Positions 1 through 12,722 are shown, counted from the first letter of the whole stretch. The stretch: DNA of 63,904 bases, filler included, from Nemertoderma westbladi (GCA_032718475.1; 3 parts of 3 records of this genome joined end to end with filler, not necessarily neighbours in it); one strand, 5' to 3'. Numbers and translations: made by a program. Notes: generated from the letters alone by a model not told the origin.

Positions 1-1000
1 CTACCAACCGTCTCCTTAGCAACACAACCCTACCAACCGTCTCCTTAGCAACACAAACCCTACCAACCGTCTCCTTAGCACACAAACCCTACCAACCGTC
101 TCCTTAGCAATTCAAACCCTACCAACCGTCTCCTTAGCAACACAAACCCTACCAACCGTCTCCTTAGCAACACAAACCCTACCAACCGCCTCCTTAGCAA
201 TTCAAACCCTACCTACCGTCTCCTTAGCAATTCAAACCCTACCAACCGTCTCCTTAGCAACACAACCCTACCAACCGTCTCCTTAGCAACACAAACCCTA
301 CCAACCGTCTCCTTAGCAACACAACCCTACCAACCGTCTCCTTAGCAACACAAACCCTACCAACCGTCTCCTTAGCAACACAAACCCTACCAACCGTCTC
401 CTTAGCAATTCAAACCCTACCAACCGTCTCCTTAGCAACACAAACCCTACCAACCGTCTCCTTAGCAACACAAACCCTACCAACCGCCTCCTTAGCAATT
501 CAAACCCTACCTACCGTCTCCTTAGCAATTCAAACCCTACCAACCGTCTCCTTAGCAACACAACCCTACCAACCGTCTCCTTAGCAACACAAACCCTACC
601 AACCGTCTCCTTAGCAACACAACCCTACCAACCGTCTCCTTAGCAACACAAATCCTACCAACCGTCTCCTTAGCAACACAAACCCTACCAACCGTCTCCT
701 TAGCAATTCAAACCCTACCAACCGTCTCCTTAGCAACACAAACCCTACCAACCGTCTCCTTAGCAACACAAACCCTACCAACCGTCTCCTTAGCAATTCA
801 AACCCTACCAACCGTCTCCTTAGCAACACAAACCCTACCAACCGCCTCCTTAGCAATTCAAACCCTACCTACCGTCTCCTTAGCAACACAAACCCTACCA
901 ACCGTCTCCTTAGCAACACAAAAATTACCAACCGCCTCCTTAGCAACTCAAACCCTACCAACCGTCTCCTTAGCAACACAAACAGTACCAACCGTTTCCG
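1..1000. repeat. 30-bp minisatellite (CTACCAACCGTCTCCTTAGCAACACAAACC)n in TAF1 intron 4, about 33 units visible, running off the window edge
   Basis: Tandem units are directly visible, with occasional 29-bp variants. The terminal unit overlaps the end of TAF1 exon 4. Confidence 0.97.
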
Positions 1001-1885
1001 CATAGAACTCTCGGCGTGCAGCGGGAAGGCTTTCCGGACGTCCTCCATCCGTATCCGGCGGGGCTGATCGGAACTGCGACGGAACATCCGCTGTATCGTA
1101 ACGTTGAGGAGGTCCCGCACGAACAAACTCGCCTTCTTGCTGTTGGGCGCGGGGACCTCGATGAGCGGGCAGAGTTGGCCGACGGTGAAGGCGTCGTCCA
1201 CCAACCGGATGTAGTACTTGTAACGCGTACGAATGATAAGGAAGATGTTGTGCGACAGCGGATGGTGGTAAACCGGGGAGAGGAACATGTTGTTCTTAAA
1301 CCCCTGGAGGGAACCGCCTGGCGGCAAGGAGCCGAGGAACGGAGAGGAATGAGCGTAGACCAACTCGCCGAAACCGAAATCCTTCGGTTTAACTTCCTTG
1401 CCGGGTTTCCTTCGGAAGTAGTTGTGGAGACGGGTCGCCATGCCAACCTGGTTGAGTAACGGCGGATATTCCTCGGAATATTCCGCCAGGACGACGTCGC
1501 CATCGGTGGCCGATAGATCCTGCGGCGTTCGCATGAAGAACATCTCGCCGCCCCCACTCGCGGCGCGCTCCAACTCGCGTTGTCGATTCATCTTACGGAT
1601 GTGGCGGACCAGCGGGGCCACCGCGTGTTTCCCGGGCGACGACAACGGGCCGTGCGAGTACTTCTTTAGCGGCACGCGGTGGAACTTCCTGAGTTTGAGG
1701 GCGCCGATGTGGGTCGGGAAGTAGGGGACCCTGAGCTCGAGCGCGGGTATGCTGTGTTGGACGAGGGCCGCGTTGCCCCCCATGCTGCCCCGGAGGGTGT
1801 GCTCGGCAACGCCCTGTTTGGCGATATAGAACTCGTCGTTGGAGAGATTGAAGGAGTGTTTGGGTTCGGGTTGGGCAATGTTCGC
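989..1885 (-). CDS. TAF1: TFIID subunit 1, coding exon 4 (central DUF3591 / TAF7-binding region); the gene continues beyond the window start
   Basis: The acceptor ttatcAG precedes 1885. Translation [20 protein letters not shown]...[26 protein letters not shown]...[15 protein letters not shown]...EYSEEYPPL...[25 protein letters not shown] matches metazoan TAF1 as I recall it. The donor is most likely GTACTG after 989; GTTGGT after 993 is an alternative. Confidence 0.93.
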
Positions 1886-2815
1886 CTGATAAAGTTAATA
1901 TGAACATAATTAATATAATCTTTAATAATAATTAATTTGATTACTTTAATTTATAATATTAATTAATAATTAAATTAATTTATCTGTTTCCATTTCAACA
2001 CAAAAATCAATTAATAAAACACATAAAATTATTGTGTTAAAAGCACTTATTAGATTTGTATGTAATATTATACTAATTGCACAATTAGAGTGATTAATTA
2101 AGCGTTCAGAACGCCGATAAGTTGACATAATGTAACAAAATTACGAACTACCAACTACCCGGATACGATACGAAATCCTATTGAAGTATTTTCTTCGCAT
2201 CGAATTTCGTATCTCGTTTCGTATCATCAAAATATATAATTAAATGTTATTGTGAAGCATTTATTATTAGGTCTCTTAAATTGGTTATAACATATAGTCC
2301 TAATGGATGCAGTAGTAGTAGCCATAGCCAGTAGTCGCACAGTAGTCGTTGTAATGCTGTAGTGTTCATTCAACACTAGAGATTTATAAACTTAAGTTTC
2401 TAAGTGTAATATACAAATTAAACACGGTGAAATAAAATACGATACGAAAAAACACGAAACTCTTTCGTATCGCATATCGTATTTTCTCAAAATTACATTC
2501 GTATCATATCGTATCCTGTCCAGCTGATGAAAAAGGCACTTTATTCAGCGTTAAAGAATTCGTTGTATAAAAATTATGTAAACCTAACTCGTTGCGCTCG
2601 TTCGCTACATAATATAAATTCATAATGTAATTGTTACATTATGTCAAGTCAATTTATCGGCGTTCCTGTGGTCCAATAATAAAATCTAATAAAGACAATT
2701 ACTCACAACGGACATTCGTAGTGTTAACACTTTCTTTCAGTTTGTCATTTATTTTTATGTTTATTACCAAGAATGTAAGATTGTATACGTGGTTATTTAA
2801 CCATAAACTCAGTAC

Positions 2816-3268
2816 CTGAGTGGCGTCGCGGATATTGACTCGGTTACCACCAGCCAGTCGGGAACGCCGCTCCTTCTTGGTTCCGCGTTCCTTCTCCGAG
2901 GGTTCCTCATCGTTCCTCCCAGTACCTCGAGAGTCCTCCGGGAGAACGAGCACCAGGTTCTCGTCGCTGGGATCCAGTCGGAACTCCCTCGGTTCCGTCC
3001 GGACCAAGTCCATCTGCTCCGGATCCACTATCACGTCTCGCTCCCACTCCCCGGAAACCAACTCGAGATTCTCCGCGGGGAACACGGAGTGCAGGAGGGG
3101 TTGTTTGTGCAGCGGGAGGTCGGGGTTGACGGGAGGGAATCGGGAGGTGGTGGGAGGGGGCAGACCGCGGGAGCGGTAGACGAACTCCTCGTAGGCGGCG
3201 GCTGTGCGGTGGGCGGACGCGGGAACCCAACCCGAACGAGGAACCAACTCGGGGATCCAAGGATCCAC
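2816..3268 (-). CDS. TAF1: TFIID subunit 1, coding exon 3
   Basis: Acceptor tttgtAG at 3270-3269 and donor CAG|GTACTG. The exon is 453 nt, phase 0/0. GWVPASAHRTAAAY, SVFPAENLELVSGEWERDVIVD and LDPSDENLVL are TAF1-like motifs. Confidence 0.88.
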
Positions 3269-3366
3269 CTACAAATATAAAGTTTCTTTATAGAATTCAA
3301 ATAACAAAATAATATAAACAGAGAATTATAAGCGGCTCTACTATATGATAATTCCGACTCTAGTAC

Positions 3367-3657
3367 CTCGTCCGGTTCCACAATAACGTCCTTCTCCCAC
3401 TGGCACAACGTCACCATCTCGTACATCGAGGGATCAAAGGGCGGCGACGGTGGGCGCGGTTTATCTCGCAGTTTCATCCCGAAAGAGAACCCCGTCCCGT
3501 CCGACGGGACTCCCATCGCATCGAACCACAGTCGCGAAGGTCCGTAGCGCCACTCCGGGGTCTCCGGCACTGTCGATTCGGTCGGGTCAGAGACTCGTTG
3601 GCGTTTCGGAGCCGAACCAATGTCCATCCGGTCCTCCTCGTCAGATTCAATCATGTC
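3367..3657 (-). CDS. TAF1: TFIID subunit 1, coding exon 2
   Basis: Acceptor ttttcttcCAG and donor GAG|GTACTA. The exon is 291 nt, phase 0/0. EWRYGPSRLWFDAMGVPSDGTGFSFGMKL and MVTLCQWEKDVI match the TAF1 WRYGPA-LWYDMLGV motif. Confidence 0.9.
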
Positions 3658-3704
3658 CTGGAAGAAAACGGATTGGTAGCGATAAGATTAATCTAGCTAG
3701 ATAC

Positions 3705-6250
3705 TAGGTTTAGTTGCTGTAAATCTATTAGGTTTAGTTGCTGTAAATCTAATAGGTTTAGTTGCTGTAAATCTAATAGGTTTAGATGATGTATATCTAA
3801 TAGGTTTAGTTGCTGTAAATCTAACAGGTTTAGTAGCTGTAAATCTAATAGGTTTAGTTGCTGTAAATCTAATAGGTTTAGTTGCAGTAAATCTAATAGG
3901 TTTAGTTGATGTAAATCTAATAGGTTTAGTTGCAGTAAATCTAATAGGTTTAGTTGCTGTAAATCTAATAGGTTTAGTTGCTGTAAATCTAATAGGTTTA
4001 GTTGCAGTAAATCTAATAGGTTCAGTTGCAGTAAATCTAATAGGTTTAGTTGCAGTAAATCTAATAGGTTTAGTTGCAGTAAATCTAATAGGTTTAGTTG
4101 CTGTAAATCTAATAGATTTAGTGGATGTAAATCTAATAGGTTTAGTAGCTGTAAATGTAATAGGTTTAGTTGCTGTAAATCGAATATGTTTAGTTGATGT
4201 AAATCTAATAGGTTTAGTTGCAGTAAATCTAATAGGTTTAGTTGCTGTAAATCTAATAGGTTTAGTTGCTGTAAATCTAATAGGTTTAGTTGCTGTAAAT
4301 CTAATAGGTTTAGATGATGTATATCTAATAGGTTTAGTTGACGTAAATCTAATAGGTTTAGTTGCAGTAAATCTAATAGGTTTAGTTGCTGTAAATCTAA
4401 TAGGTTTAGTTGCTGTAAATCTAATAGGTTTAGTTTTAGTTGCAGTAAATCTAATAGGTTTAGTTGCTGTAAATCTAATAGATTTAGTGGATGTAAATCT
4501 AATAGGTCTAGTAGCTGTAAATGTAATAGGTTTAGTTGCTGTAAATCGAATATGTTTAGTTGATGTAAATCTAATAGGTTTAGTTGCAGTAAATCTAATA
4601 GGTTTAGTTGCTGTAAATCTAATAGGTTTAGTTGCTGTAAATCTAATAGGTTTAGTTGCAGTAAATCTAATAGGTTTAGTTGCTGTAAATCTAATAGATT
4701 TAGTGGATGTAAATCTAATAGATTTAGTGGATGTAAATCTAATAGGTTTAGTAGCTGTAAATGTAATAGGTTTAGTTGCTGTAAATCTAATAGGTTTAGT
4801 TGCTGTAAATCTAATAGGTTTAGATGATGTATATCTAATAGGTTTAGTTGATGTAAATCTAATAGGTTTAGTTGCAGTAAATCTAATAGGTTTAGTTGCT
4901 GTAAATCTAATAGATTTAGTGGATGTAAATCTAATAGGTTTAGTAGCTGTAAATGTAATAGGTTTAGTTGCTGTAAATCGAATATGTTTAGTTGATGTAA
5001 ATCTAATAGGTTTAGTTGCAGTAAATCAAATAGGTTTAGTTGCTGTAAATCGAATAGGTTTAGTTGCTGTAAATCTAATAGGTTTAGTTGATGTAAATCT
5101 AATAGGTTTAGTTGATGTATATCTAATAGGTTTAGTTGCAGTAAATCTAATAGGTTTAGTAGCTGTAAATCTAATAGGTTTAGTAGCTGTAAATCTAATA
5201 GGTTTGGTTGCTGTAAATTTAATAGGTTTGGTTGCTGTAAATTTAATAGGTTTAGTTGCTGTAAATCTAATAGGTTTAGTTGCTGTAAATCTAATAGGTT
5301 TAGATGATGTATATCTAATAGGTTTAGTTGCTGTAAATCTAATAGGTTTAGTAGCTGTAAATCTAATAGGTTTAGTAGCTGTAAATCTAATAGGTTTGGT
5401 TGCTGTAAATTTAATAGGTTTAGTTGCTGTAAATCTAATAGGTTTAGTTGCTGTAAATCTAATCAGTAACTGTAAATCTGATAGGTTAAGTTGCTGTATA
5501 TCTAATAGGTTTAGTTGCTGTAAATCTAATCAGTAACTGTAAATCTGATAGGTTTAGTTGCTGTATATCTAATAGGTTAAGTTGCTGTAAATCTAATATG
5601 TTAAGTTGCTGTAAATCTAATAGGTTTAGTTGCTCTAAATCTAATAGGTTTAGTTGCTGTAAAATTAATAGGTTTAGTAGCTGTAAATCTAATAGGTTTA
5701 GTTGCTGTAAATCTAATAGGTTTAGTTGCTGTAAATCTAATAGGTTTAGTTGATGTAAATCTAATAGGTTTAGTTGCAGTAAATCTAATAGGTTTAGTAG
5801 CTGTAAATCTAATAGGTTTAGTTGCTGTAAATCTAATAGGTTTAGTTGATGTAAATCTAATAGGTTTAGTTGATGTAAATCTAATAGGTTTAGTTGAGGT
5901 AAATCTAATAGGTTTAGTAGCTGTAAATAAATCTAACAGGTTTAGTTGCTGTAAATCTAATAGATTTAGTAGCTGTAAATCTAATAGGTTTAGTTGCTGT
6001 AAATCTAATAGGTTTAGTAGCTGTAAATCTAATAGGTTTAGTTGATGTAATAAATCTAATAGGTTTAGTTGATGTAATAAATCTAATAGGTTTCGTTGAG
6101 GTAAATCTCATAGGTTTAGTTGCTGCAAATAAATCTAACAGGTTTAGTTGCTGTTTATCTAAATAGGTTTAGTAGCTGTAATGTAAATCTAATAGGTTTA
6201 GTAGCTGTAAAACTAATAAGTAACTGTAAATCTAATAGGTTTAGTAGCTG
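3705..6250. repeat. 24-bp minisatellite (AAATCTAATAGGTTTAGTTGCTGT)n, about 105 units, in TAF1 intron 1
   Basis: Tandem units are directly visible and degenerate toward the right end. The array explains the spurious VAVNLIGL ORF. Confidence 0.97.
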
Positions 6251-7024
6251 GAAATACAATTACTAAGCGTGTTTCGTTTCTATTTACTAGGTTACAGTCA
6301 TATTTTTGGATGCAGTCCAGTCTACCATACATGGCATGCACCATGACATGGCTGATTATAACATCTAATTGCCATGCCCACGAATCTAACCAAAGTACTG
6401 AAGCTCACTACAACCAAAAAACAAAGAAACAGAACGTACAACTTTACATTTTATAAGATTCTAATTTTATCGGTAGGCCTAACCAGCCCTATATAAAATG
6501 CAAAGGAGTATTCGATGAAAGGTAAATGTAACTAATGTAACTGTGTAAGAGTGTAACTATACAAAATTATTGATCCAATGAATAACGTATACCCTTCTCG
6601 CCCTCTTCCTTCAAATACTACACTGCTACGGCACAGCACTGTAATACTACCAGTACCAGTATTAACTAGTCCTACAGTATGTCATTGTTCATAAAATAGC
6701 ACTTTATAGTGTGAGTGATGTTGATTAATAACAAAACAAGAGCCGTAAATGGTAACATTGTGCAAATTGGGAACAAGGTTGAACCTCAAAAAACCTTGTC
6801 AGCTTATTCCAGTATTCCCAAAAAATTAACCCACTTTATCATAAACACATAAACTACCGTATTATATTTATGAAGAAATAATAAAATATGAAGTATTATT
6901 ACCAGGGAAAAAGTAAATTATTTTCGAGCAATTTTATTTACCGTACAGCCAGAATGAGCGCCAGTCAGGTTAATAAAGGGTCGCGAGAATTAAAAAAGAA
7001 ACGTTCTTCCCAAACCAAACTAAC

Positions 7025-7756
7025 GCGTGTTGGTGACGAACCGAAGTCCAACTGAATCTCCTTGAACTCAATCGGTCCTTCGTGCTCCAGAGGCTGCGGT
7101 TTCCGGTAGTTCAATAGATTCCGGTAGGGATTGGGAGTAACGAACTGTTTATTGGGACCGAAGAGACGCGTAAACCTGAGTACCTTACCGGGGTGGAACT
7201 CGGGGTAAAGATCAGTAACGTCAACGTTTCTTAACATCTCCTTCAACTCAGGCGTTAGAACGTCGTGAAGGACACCGTGGTGAGAGGCCAGTCCTTCGAG
7301 AGCGGCGTCAACTTCTTTGGATTGCTGATAGACCAGCTCTTTAATGTCGCCTTCATCTGCATCGTAATCCTCTTCATCCGTAATAATTCGCGAAGATGCG
7401 CCGAGTTCGGTTGCGACTTCATCTATAATCGTCTCGTTGATATCCGAATAATCAATAGCTGACACATCCTTAACGGTCTCGCTATCGACAACGATTCCCG
7501 TGGTGTCGTCCCCCGATTGCCCCTGGGCTGTTATCTCGTTTACAAGTTGACCCATCTCCGAGAACATCGTTAGATTCCCCAGTTGTCTCAAGGATTCCGA
7601 ATCTAGGAAATCTGGTTGTTCCAATTCGCCTGTCAGCGATATGTTTCCGAATAGAAAGCCCGCCATAGCCGAAGGGGCCACTCCCGTTTTTTTCTCTGGG
7701 GAGAGTGAGTTTCCGCTGTCGGTGTGGTAGCCATGTCCGTCCTCATCCGATTCCAT
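7025..7756 (-). CDS. TAF1: TFIID subunit 1, coding exon 1 (TAND / TBP-binding N-terminus)
   Basis: ATG at 7756. MESDED...AGFLFGNISLTGELE, SAIDYSDINE and DVTDLYPEFHPGKVLRFTRLFGP are TAF1 hallmarks. The donor CGC|GTTAGT gives 732 nt, phase 0, matching exon 2. Confidence 0.93.
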
Positions 7757-7980
7757 TGCAGAATATTATATTTAGGCCTTCAGTACAAGTGTAAAATGGT
7801 TGAAGGGTGCAGGTTCAGAGGTTGACACTGTCAACTGTGACTAATTGTCAGATTGTGACTTGACTTGACAGTACTGCGCAGTAGGCAACTAGGCTGACAT
7901 CACATAACTGCATAACATCATCAGTCATCGCTATGGTATGGACAGATGGGAGACAGGGGGGGGGGGGGGGGGGGGGGGAA

Positions 7981-8208
7981 ACTGGACGCAAAACCCGCCT
8001 TTGCGAATTAATATCCCGCCTCAATGTTAAATTCTCAATTTAGGGAAAGGAGCAGGTTACAGTGACACGTTATTTTAAGCAAAACAATAAACTAAACACA
8101 ATAGCAGAATAGAACAGGTTACAGGTTTATTTTTGAGAGGTATCAGCTGTTATTTGCGTCGAATTTCCCCTGGAGGCTGGAGAGGGATGAACTTTTATTG
8201 CGTCCAGT
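7981..8208. mobile_element. ~230-bp non-autonomous element with short terminal inverted repeats (ACTGGACGCAA...TTGCGTCCAGT), upstream of TAF1
   Basis: The inverted ends are visible. A homologous copy lies at 43896-44097 and a related left end at about 16231-16265. Confidence 0.55.
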
Positions 8209-8514
8209 TACAGATGGAGTACAGGAGTATGCCGTAAAGATTAGTGTAGGCTGGTGTTGTATGGCCATTTTATCAACTTTTTTTTAATCCCACGGGAGCA
8301 CAGTTCCATCATGGCCACCCCTAGGAAGAAACCTACACATCTCAGGCTCAGCTATATATTAAACTTTTGAAACCCATGGCAGCATGGTAATTTTCGATTT
8401 CAGGTCCCCAGAGGGGATTTTTTTAAAAAGAAACTGGGGTGGCCTGGCCATACCACGCCAGGCTACCAGGGCGGGGTGGTATGGCCACCATTATTGTATA
8501 AATTTCCGGTCAGC

Positions 8515-8695
8515 CTAAACACCCAACTACATCCAACTACACCCAACTTTCAGCCAACTACACCCACACAGTCTGACAGTTCCACCCCACAGCCCCACTA
8601 CACCCAACTTCCACTGCACTTCCACCTCCACTCTGCATCCAACTTACACCAAACTATACCTACTGTATGGCACCAAACTTCCACAAACTACAATA
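8515..8695. repeat. Degenerate CCAACTACAC-type short tandem repeat
   Basis: CCAACTACACCCAACT motifs recur here, and the same motif family appears at 10745-10900. Confidence 0.6.
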
Positions 8696-10659
8696 CAGAA
8701 TGTACAGTAACAAACTCTGAACTTCTTCGAGGAATTGCCGAGCTTTTAAAAGTTTCATGTACTGTACAGTATGTTGCCCCCACTGCTGAGCAATTATGAA
8801 AATAACAAACTAACGTTTTATATTTATTGCAGGTTGGTTCTAGAATAATTTATGAATTTAACAATAAATATACAAAGGAGAGACCGAGACTATTGACGAA
8901 CGATCCAAGCTACAGTACAAAATAAACTGGCACTGTGGGATTGCGGTGAAAATGAAAACGGTATTGATACACAGGAGGGTCACCGTCACAGCCTTAACGA
9001 CGAAATCGCATTGGGAACTTTTGTTATGGTAATGGCAATGCAGATAATTCGTACAAAGTTAATGGACATAAGTTCTATATTATACAGTATGCTTAATGCA
9101 ATTATAATAATGTAATTATCCTTTATGTATCATAAATACAAGAAATAAATAATAGAAATAAATACTGTAACATTATTTTCAGCAGCTTTATTTTAATCTT
9201 GGGCCCATGGAAGAATACCAGACTTTCTGCCGTTATATTTCACTTTGCAGTTACCCCCATGTGAAGAATCCCAGGTTTTCATCAAAATCACAGGTTACAA
9301 AAGGGCTGAATCTAACCAAAACAATAAACGAAATTGAGCCGTATCAAAACAAAACGTATCAAAAAGATAAATTAAAAAAAATAAAAAATCTTAATATATA
9401 AAATTCCAATAAAATGTCGACCGAAAAGTGAAATCCTGGTATTATTCACATGGGCGAACTTCATGGCCTTTATATTTTAATTTTTAACGAAACAACAGAA
9501 ATAATTTTAAAACTTTTTACATTTTTGATAAACTAAAAGGGGATCTGTTAAGATCTGTACAGGTCAAGATAAATTCTGCAAAGAACTTATTATGATCTTC
9601 ACATACAGGCGATGCCAGAATGGACAAGTTCTTTACGAGAATCGATAAGATCGTTATACATTACAGATCTTACAGTAGTAGAAATAATAATTCTTCACAT
9701 TAGGGTAGAGAATTGCAGACGTTGATCAACGTAATCATATAGACGCGGCCTGTGGTCTCTAGTACATACAGTATATTTACAGTAGGATATGCCAATATTC
9801 AGCTTATTTTATTACAAACAACGATATGGGATAAGTGTATTTCTCTTTCAGAGATTTCACCCATTCGAAAATCCTCATGTGATCAACATGAGGTTTCCAA
9901 GTTAAATTATCACATGTGAATGAATAATATGTCACACACTTTAGGTATGTTGCTACATAGTCGGATCCCAAGTGGGGTTTCCGATCGGGCTTTAATGTGG
10001 ATCACTTGACGACGTTTTCATTATGGATGCTGTAATTTAGGGATGTAGAGTAGAGCAATTGGACAACACCTTTCAGGACAATTAGTTCCAAAACGACATA
10101 TTAATGGTGCTGAATTGTACGATTCCTCATTATCTGGGCTGGTCGGATTTTTATACAGTATTACGTAGCGCAGTTATTCTTATTATCTTCGTTTATTATT
10201 TTGGTTCCATGATAAATTTATTTACATGTTATACAATTTTAGTACTTTGTATTTTCTTACCTTTAATATCAGGGATCCCAATATAGGGTTAACTTAAGAC
10301 CCAAGAAGTCCAATATGTAGCGACATACTGTAGAGTATGTAAACTAAAATATGTACAAGGTACAACCCATACAGGTTGAAACAAAAGTGCTTGAATATCT
10401 GTATTTATAGTGCCTGAATTTATGTCTCTATAATTAAAAAAAAATACTAGTTTTTACCTACTACAGTATACGTTTTCGTGGGGCGTCGCGAGGCACGTGA
10501 ACTTGAGCAAGTTCTAAACAAGTTCGATTTGATCTGGAGCCAAAAGTTCGAGAGGTATTGACCCGTAACTTTTAAAATTATTGGAACGTTTTCTCTAGTA
10601 TGTCCTAACAAAATTTGGTTGAAAATGATTAAAATCTTCAAAAGTAACTTACCACGGAG

Positions 10660-11215
10660 ATGAAATTTTGCCCTATTTTTACTAATTGCAATTGTGCGCT
10701 AAGGCTCGCCCTGACTGCGTGACTCGTTCCACAGAACATCAAACTCTCCAACCAACTACACTCAACGTTGACTCACTTTCACCCAACTACACTCCACTTC
10801 CACCCAACTACACCCAACTTTCACCCAACTACACCCAACTTTCACCCAACTACACCCAATTCTCTACCCAAATACACCCAACTATCACCCAACTACAGTA
10901 CACTCAATATTGTCTCACTTCCACTACACTTAACTTTCACCACTTTCTCGCAGGTAAGGATTTTTGAAAATAAAAATTATAAAGCAAATTATAAAATTGC
11001 CAAAAACCATACAAATCCTAATCTACGTCGCTTTTTTGGATGTGGAGATGAGTAGGACATACAGTACAATATATCTAATGTTTAGTTCAGAAGCAACAGG
11101 TATTTTTCGTTCTGGAACCGAAATTTGGTGATACACGAAATTTTGCATTAATTTAGTTTTGCCCTAATTTAGCCTTAACGCACAATGATAATTAGTAAAT
11201 ACGGGAAAATTTCAT
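10660..11215. mobile_element. MITE-like element with ~46-bp imperfect inverted ends and an internal CACCCAACTACACCCAACTTT repeat
   Basis: TGAAATTTTGCCCTATTTTTACTAATT...TTGTGCGCTAAGGCT (10661-10706) is inversely matched by AGCCTTAACGCACAA...AATTAGTAAATACGGGAAAATTTCA (11171-11214). No clear TSD is visible. Confidence 0.5.
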
Positions 11216-12024
11216 GTACATGCGTCCGTCTGTCTGTAATGAAAAATTCATTCTTAAATAACTTTTGAAGATTTTAACAGGCAGTATATCAGGCAGGCAG
11301 GCAGGCAGGCATATCAGGCAGTCAGGAGGATATACAGCTTACTGCCCTGGCAGCTCTGTACAGTATTAATTACAGTATGCAGTACGGCATACGGCCAGTA
11401 CAGCAGTTGCAGTACGGCTGTAGGCCTACAAGCCTACGTCAGTCTGTCAGTTAGTCAGTACTGCAGTACGGTACTGCGGTACGTTGAACGTGTACGGTCC
11501 AGCGGTCGGTTCGCCAGATGCCAGACCTGTAGACAGCAGACTGCCTTACTCCATTACGGTAACTCAGACGGCTGGCTGGCTGGACGGGACTGCCAGCTTG
11601 CCAGGCTGCCACTCCACTGCTCCAGGCTGCCAGGCGCCAATCTGCCAATGCCAGTTGCCAGTACTGACTGACTGACTGACAGACTGATTGCACAGTTGCA
11701 TGCTGTTTCAGCCAGTGGCCAGTCAGCAGCAGTACAGTCTAACCTAACCTGCTGAACTGCTAACAGTCAGACAGTGGCAGAGTGGTCTGGTGGTACGGTA
11801 CGATACGACGATACGACAGTCAGCTGGTCATGGTCAAGCTCAGGCAGTCAGGCAGTTGGAGCACAGTACAGCAGTCTGGCTCTGGCAGTAGTTAATCCTG
11901 TAATCTGTTAATTACTGAATTATGTATTGTCTCCAACTGTCCAATATATGTTTGTATCACCAGGAATTACTTTCGGGTACCGGTACCTGGTGAACTGGTA
12001 GGCCTACCTGAATAAAGATTTAAT

Positions 12025-12722
12025 CCAGTAATCAGGCTGTCAGGTGTCAGGGGGTGGAAAAAACCTACAGCAGTACAGACCTAGGCCTGTAGGCTGCTAG
12101 GTTTTTTAAAGAAAAAAAATAGGTTTAGGTTTTTTGCTTAGGTTTTTTAAAAAAACCTAAAGGTTTTTTAGGGTTTTTAAGGTTTTTTATTATACAATTC
12201 AGCCTATTACTGTATTACAAAATTCTGTAATTAATATGATTTGAACATATTCTGATATTCGATTATAAAGCTGTAAAGGATGCATGTGTATAATTAGCAT
12301 TAGCTCTCTACTGCTATAGCAGTATAGTGCTATCAGGCTATAGGCAGATACAGAGATAGGCCTACACAGCTACAGCTATAAAATGTATACTGTTAGTGTT
12401 AGAATCTCCTATTACTGCAGTACTGTATTAACAGATTAATGATCTGTTCAGTTAGTACAAAAATGAATGATTAATCTGTTAATTAATTAATTAGGCCTAA
12501 TTGCTGACAAACAGTCTGACAGTGTTATGTTGATCAAGAAAATATCGGGCGAAGTTCTGAAGGTGTCCCAAAAAGCAAAGTAGTTAGCCCTATTTTAAGT
12601 AAATAAAAAACTAAAACTAAAAAAACCTAAAAAACCTATTTTTGATGAAATTTTCAAAAGTAGGTGATTTAAAAAAAACCTAAAAAAACCTAGTTGCTAA
12701 AAAACCTACTTTGCCAGCCCTG
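12025..12722. mobile_element. Possible degraded hAT-like MITE rich in AAAAACCT/AGGTTTTT motifs
   Basis: The right end reads AAAACCTACTTTGCCAGCCCTG and the left side has CAGGGGGTGGAAAAAACCT. GATTTAAT occurs at both flanks (12017-12024 and 12723-12730), but the termini do not line up cleanly. Confidence 0.3.

Noticed and set aside
970-1907. Overlapping alternative-frame and antisense ORFs over TAF1 exon 4 (likewise over the TAF6 and CUL5 exons)
   Set aside because: They are shadow ORFs of real coding sequence, favoured by high GC, and have no recognisable motifs.
4121-5536. 471-aa VAVNLIGL-repeat protein
   Set aside because: It is the translation of a 24-bp intronic minisatellite antisense to TAF1. 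It has no ATG start and no non-repeat domain.
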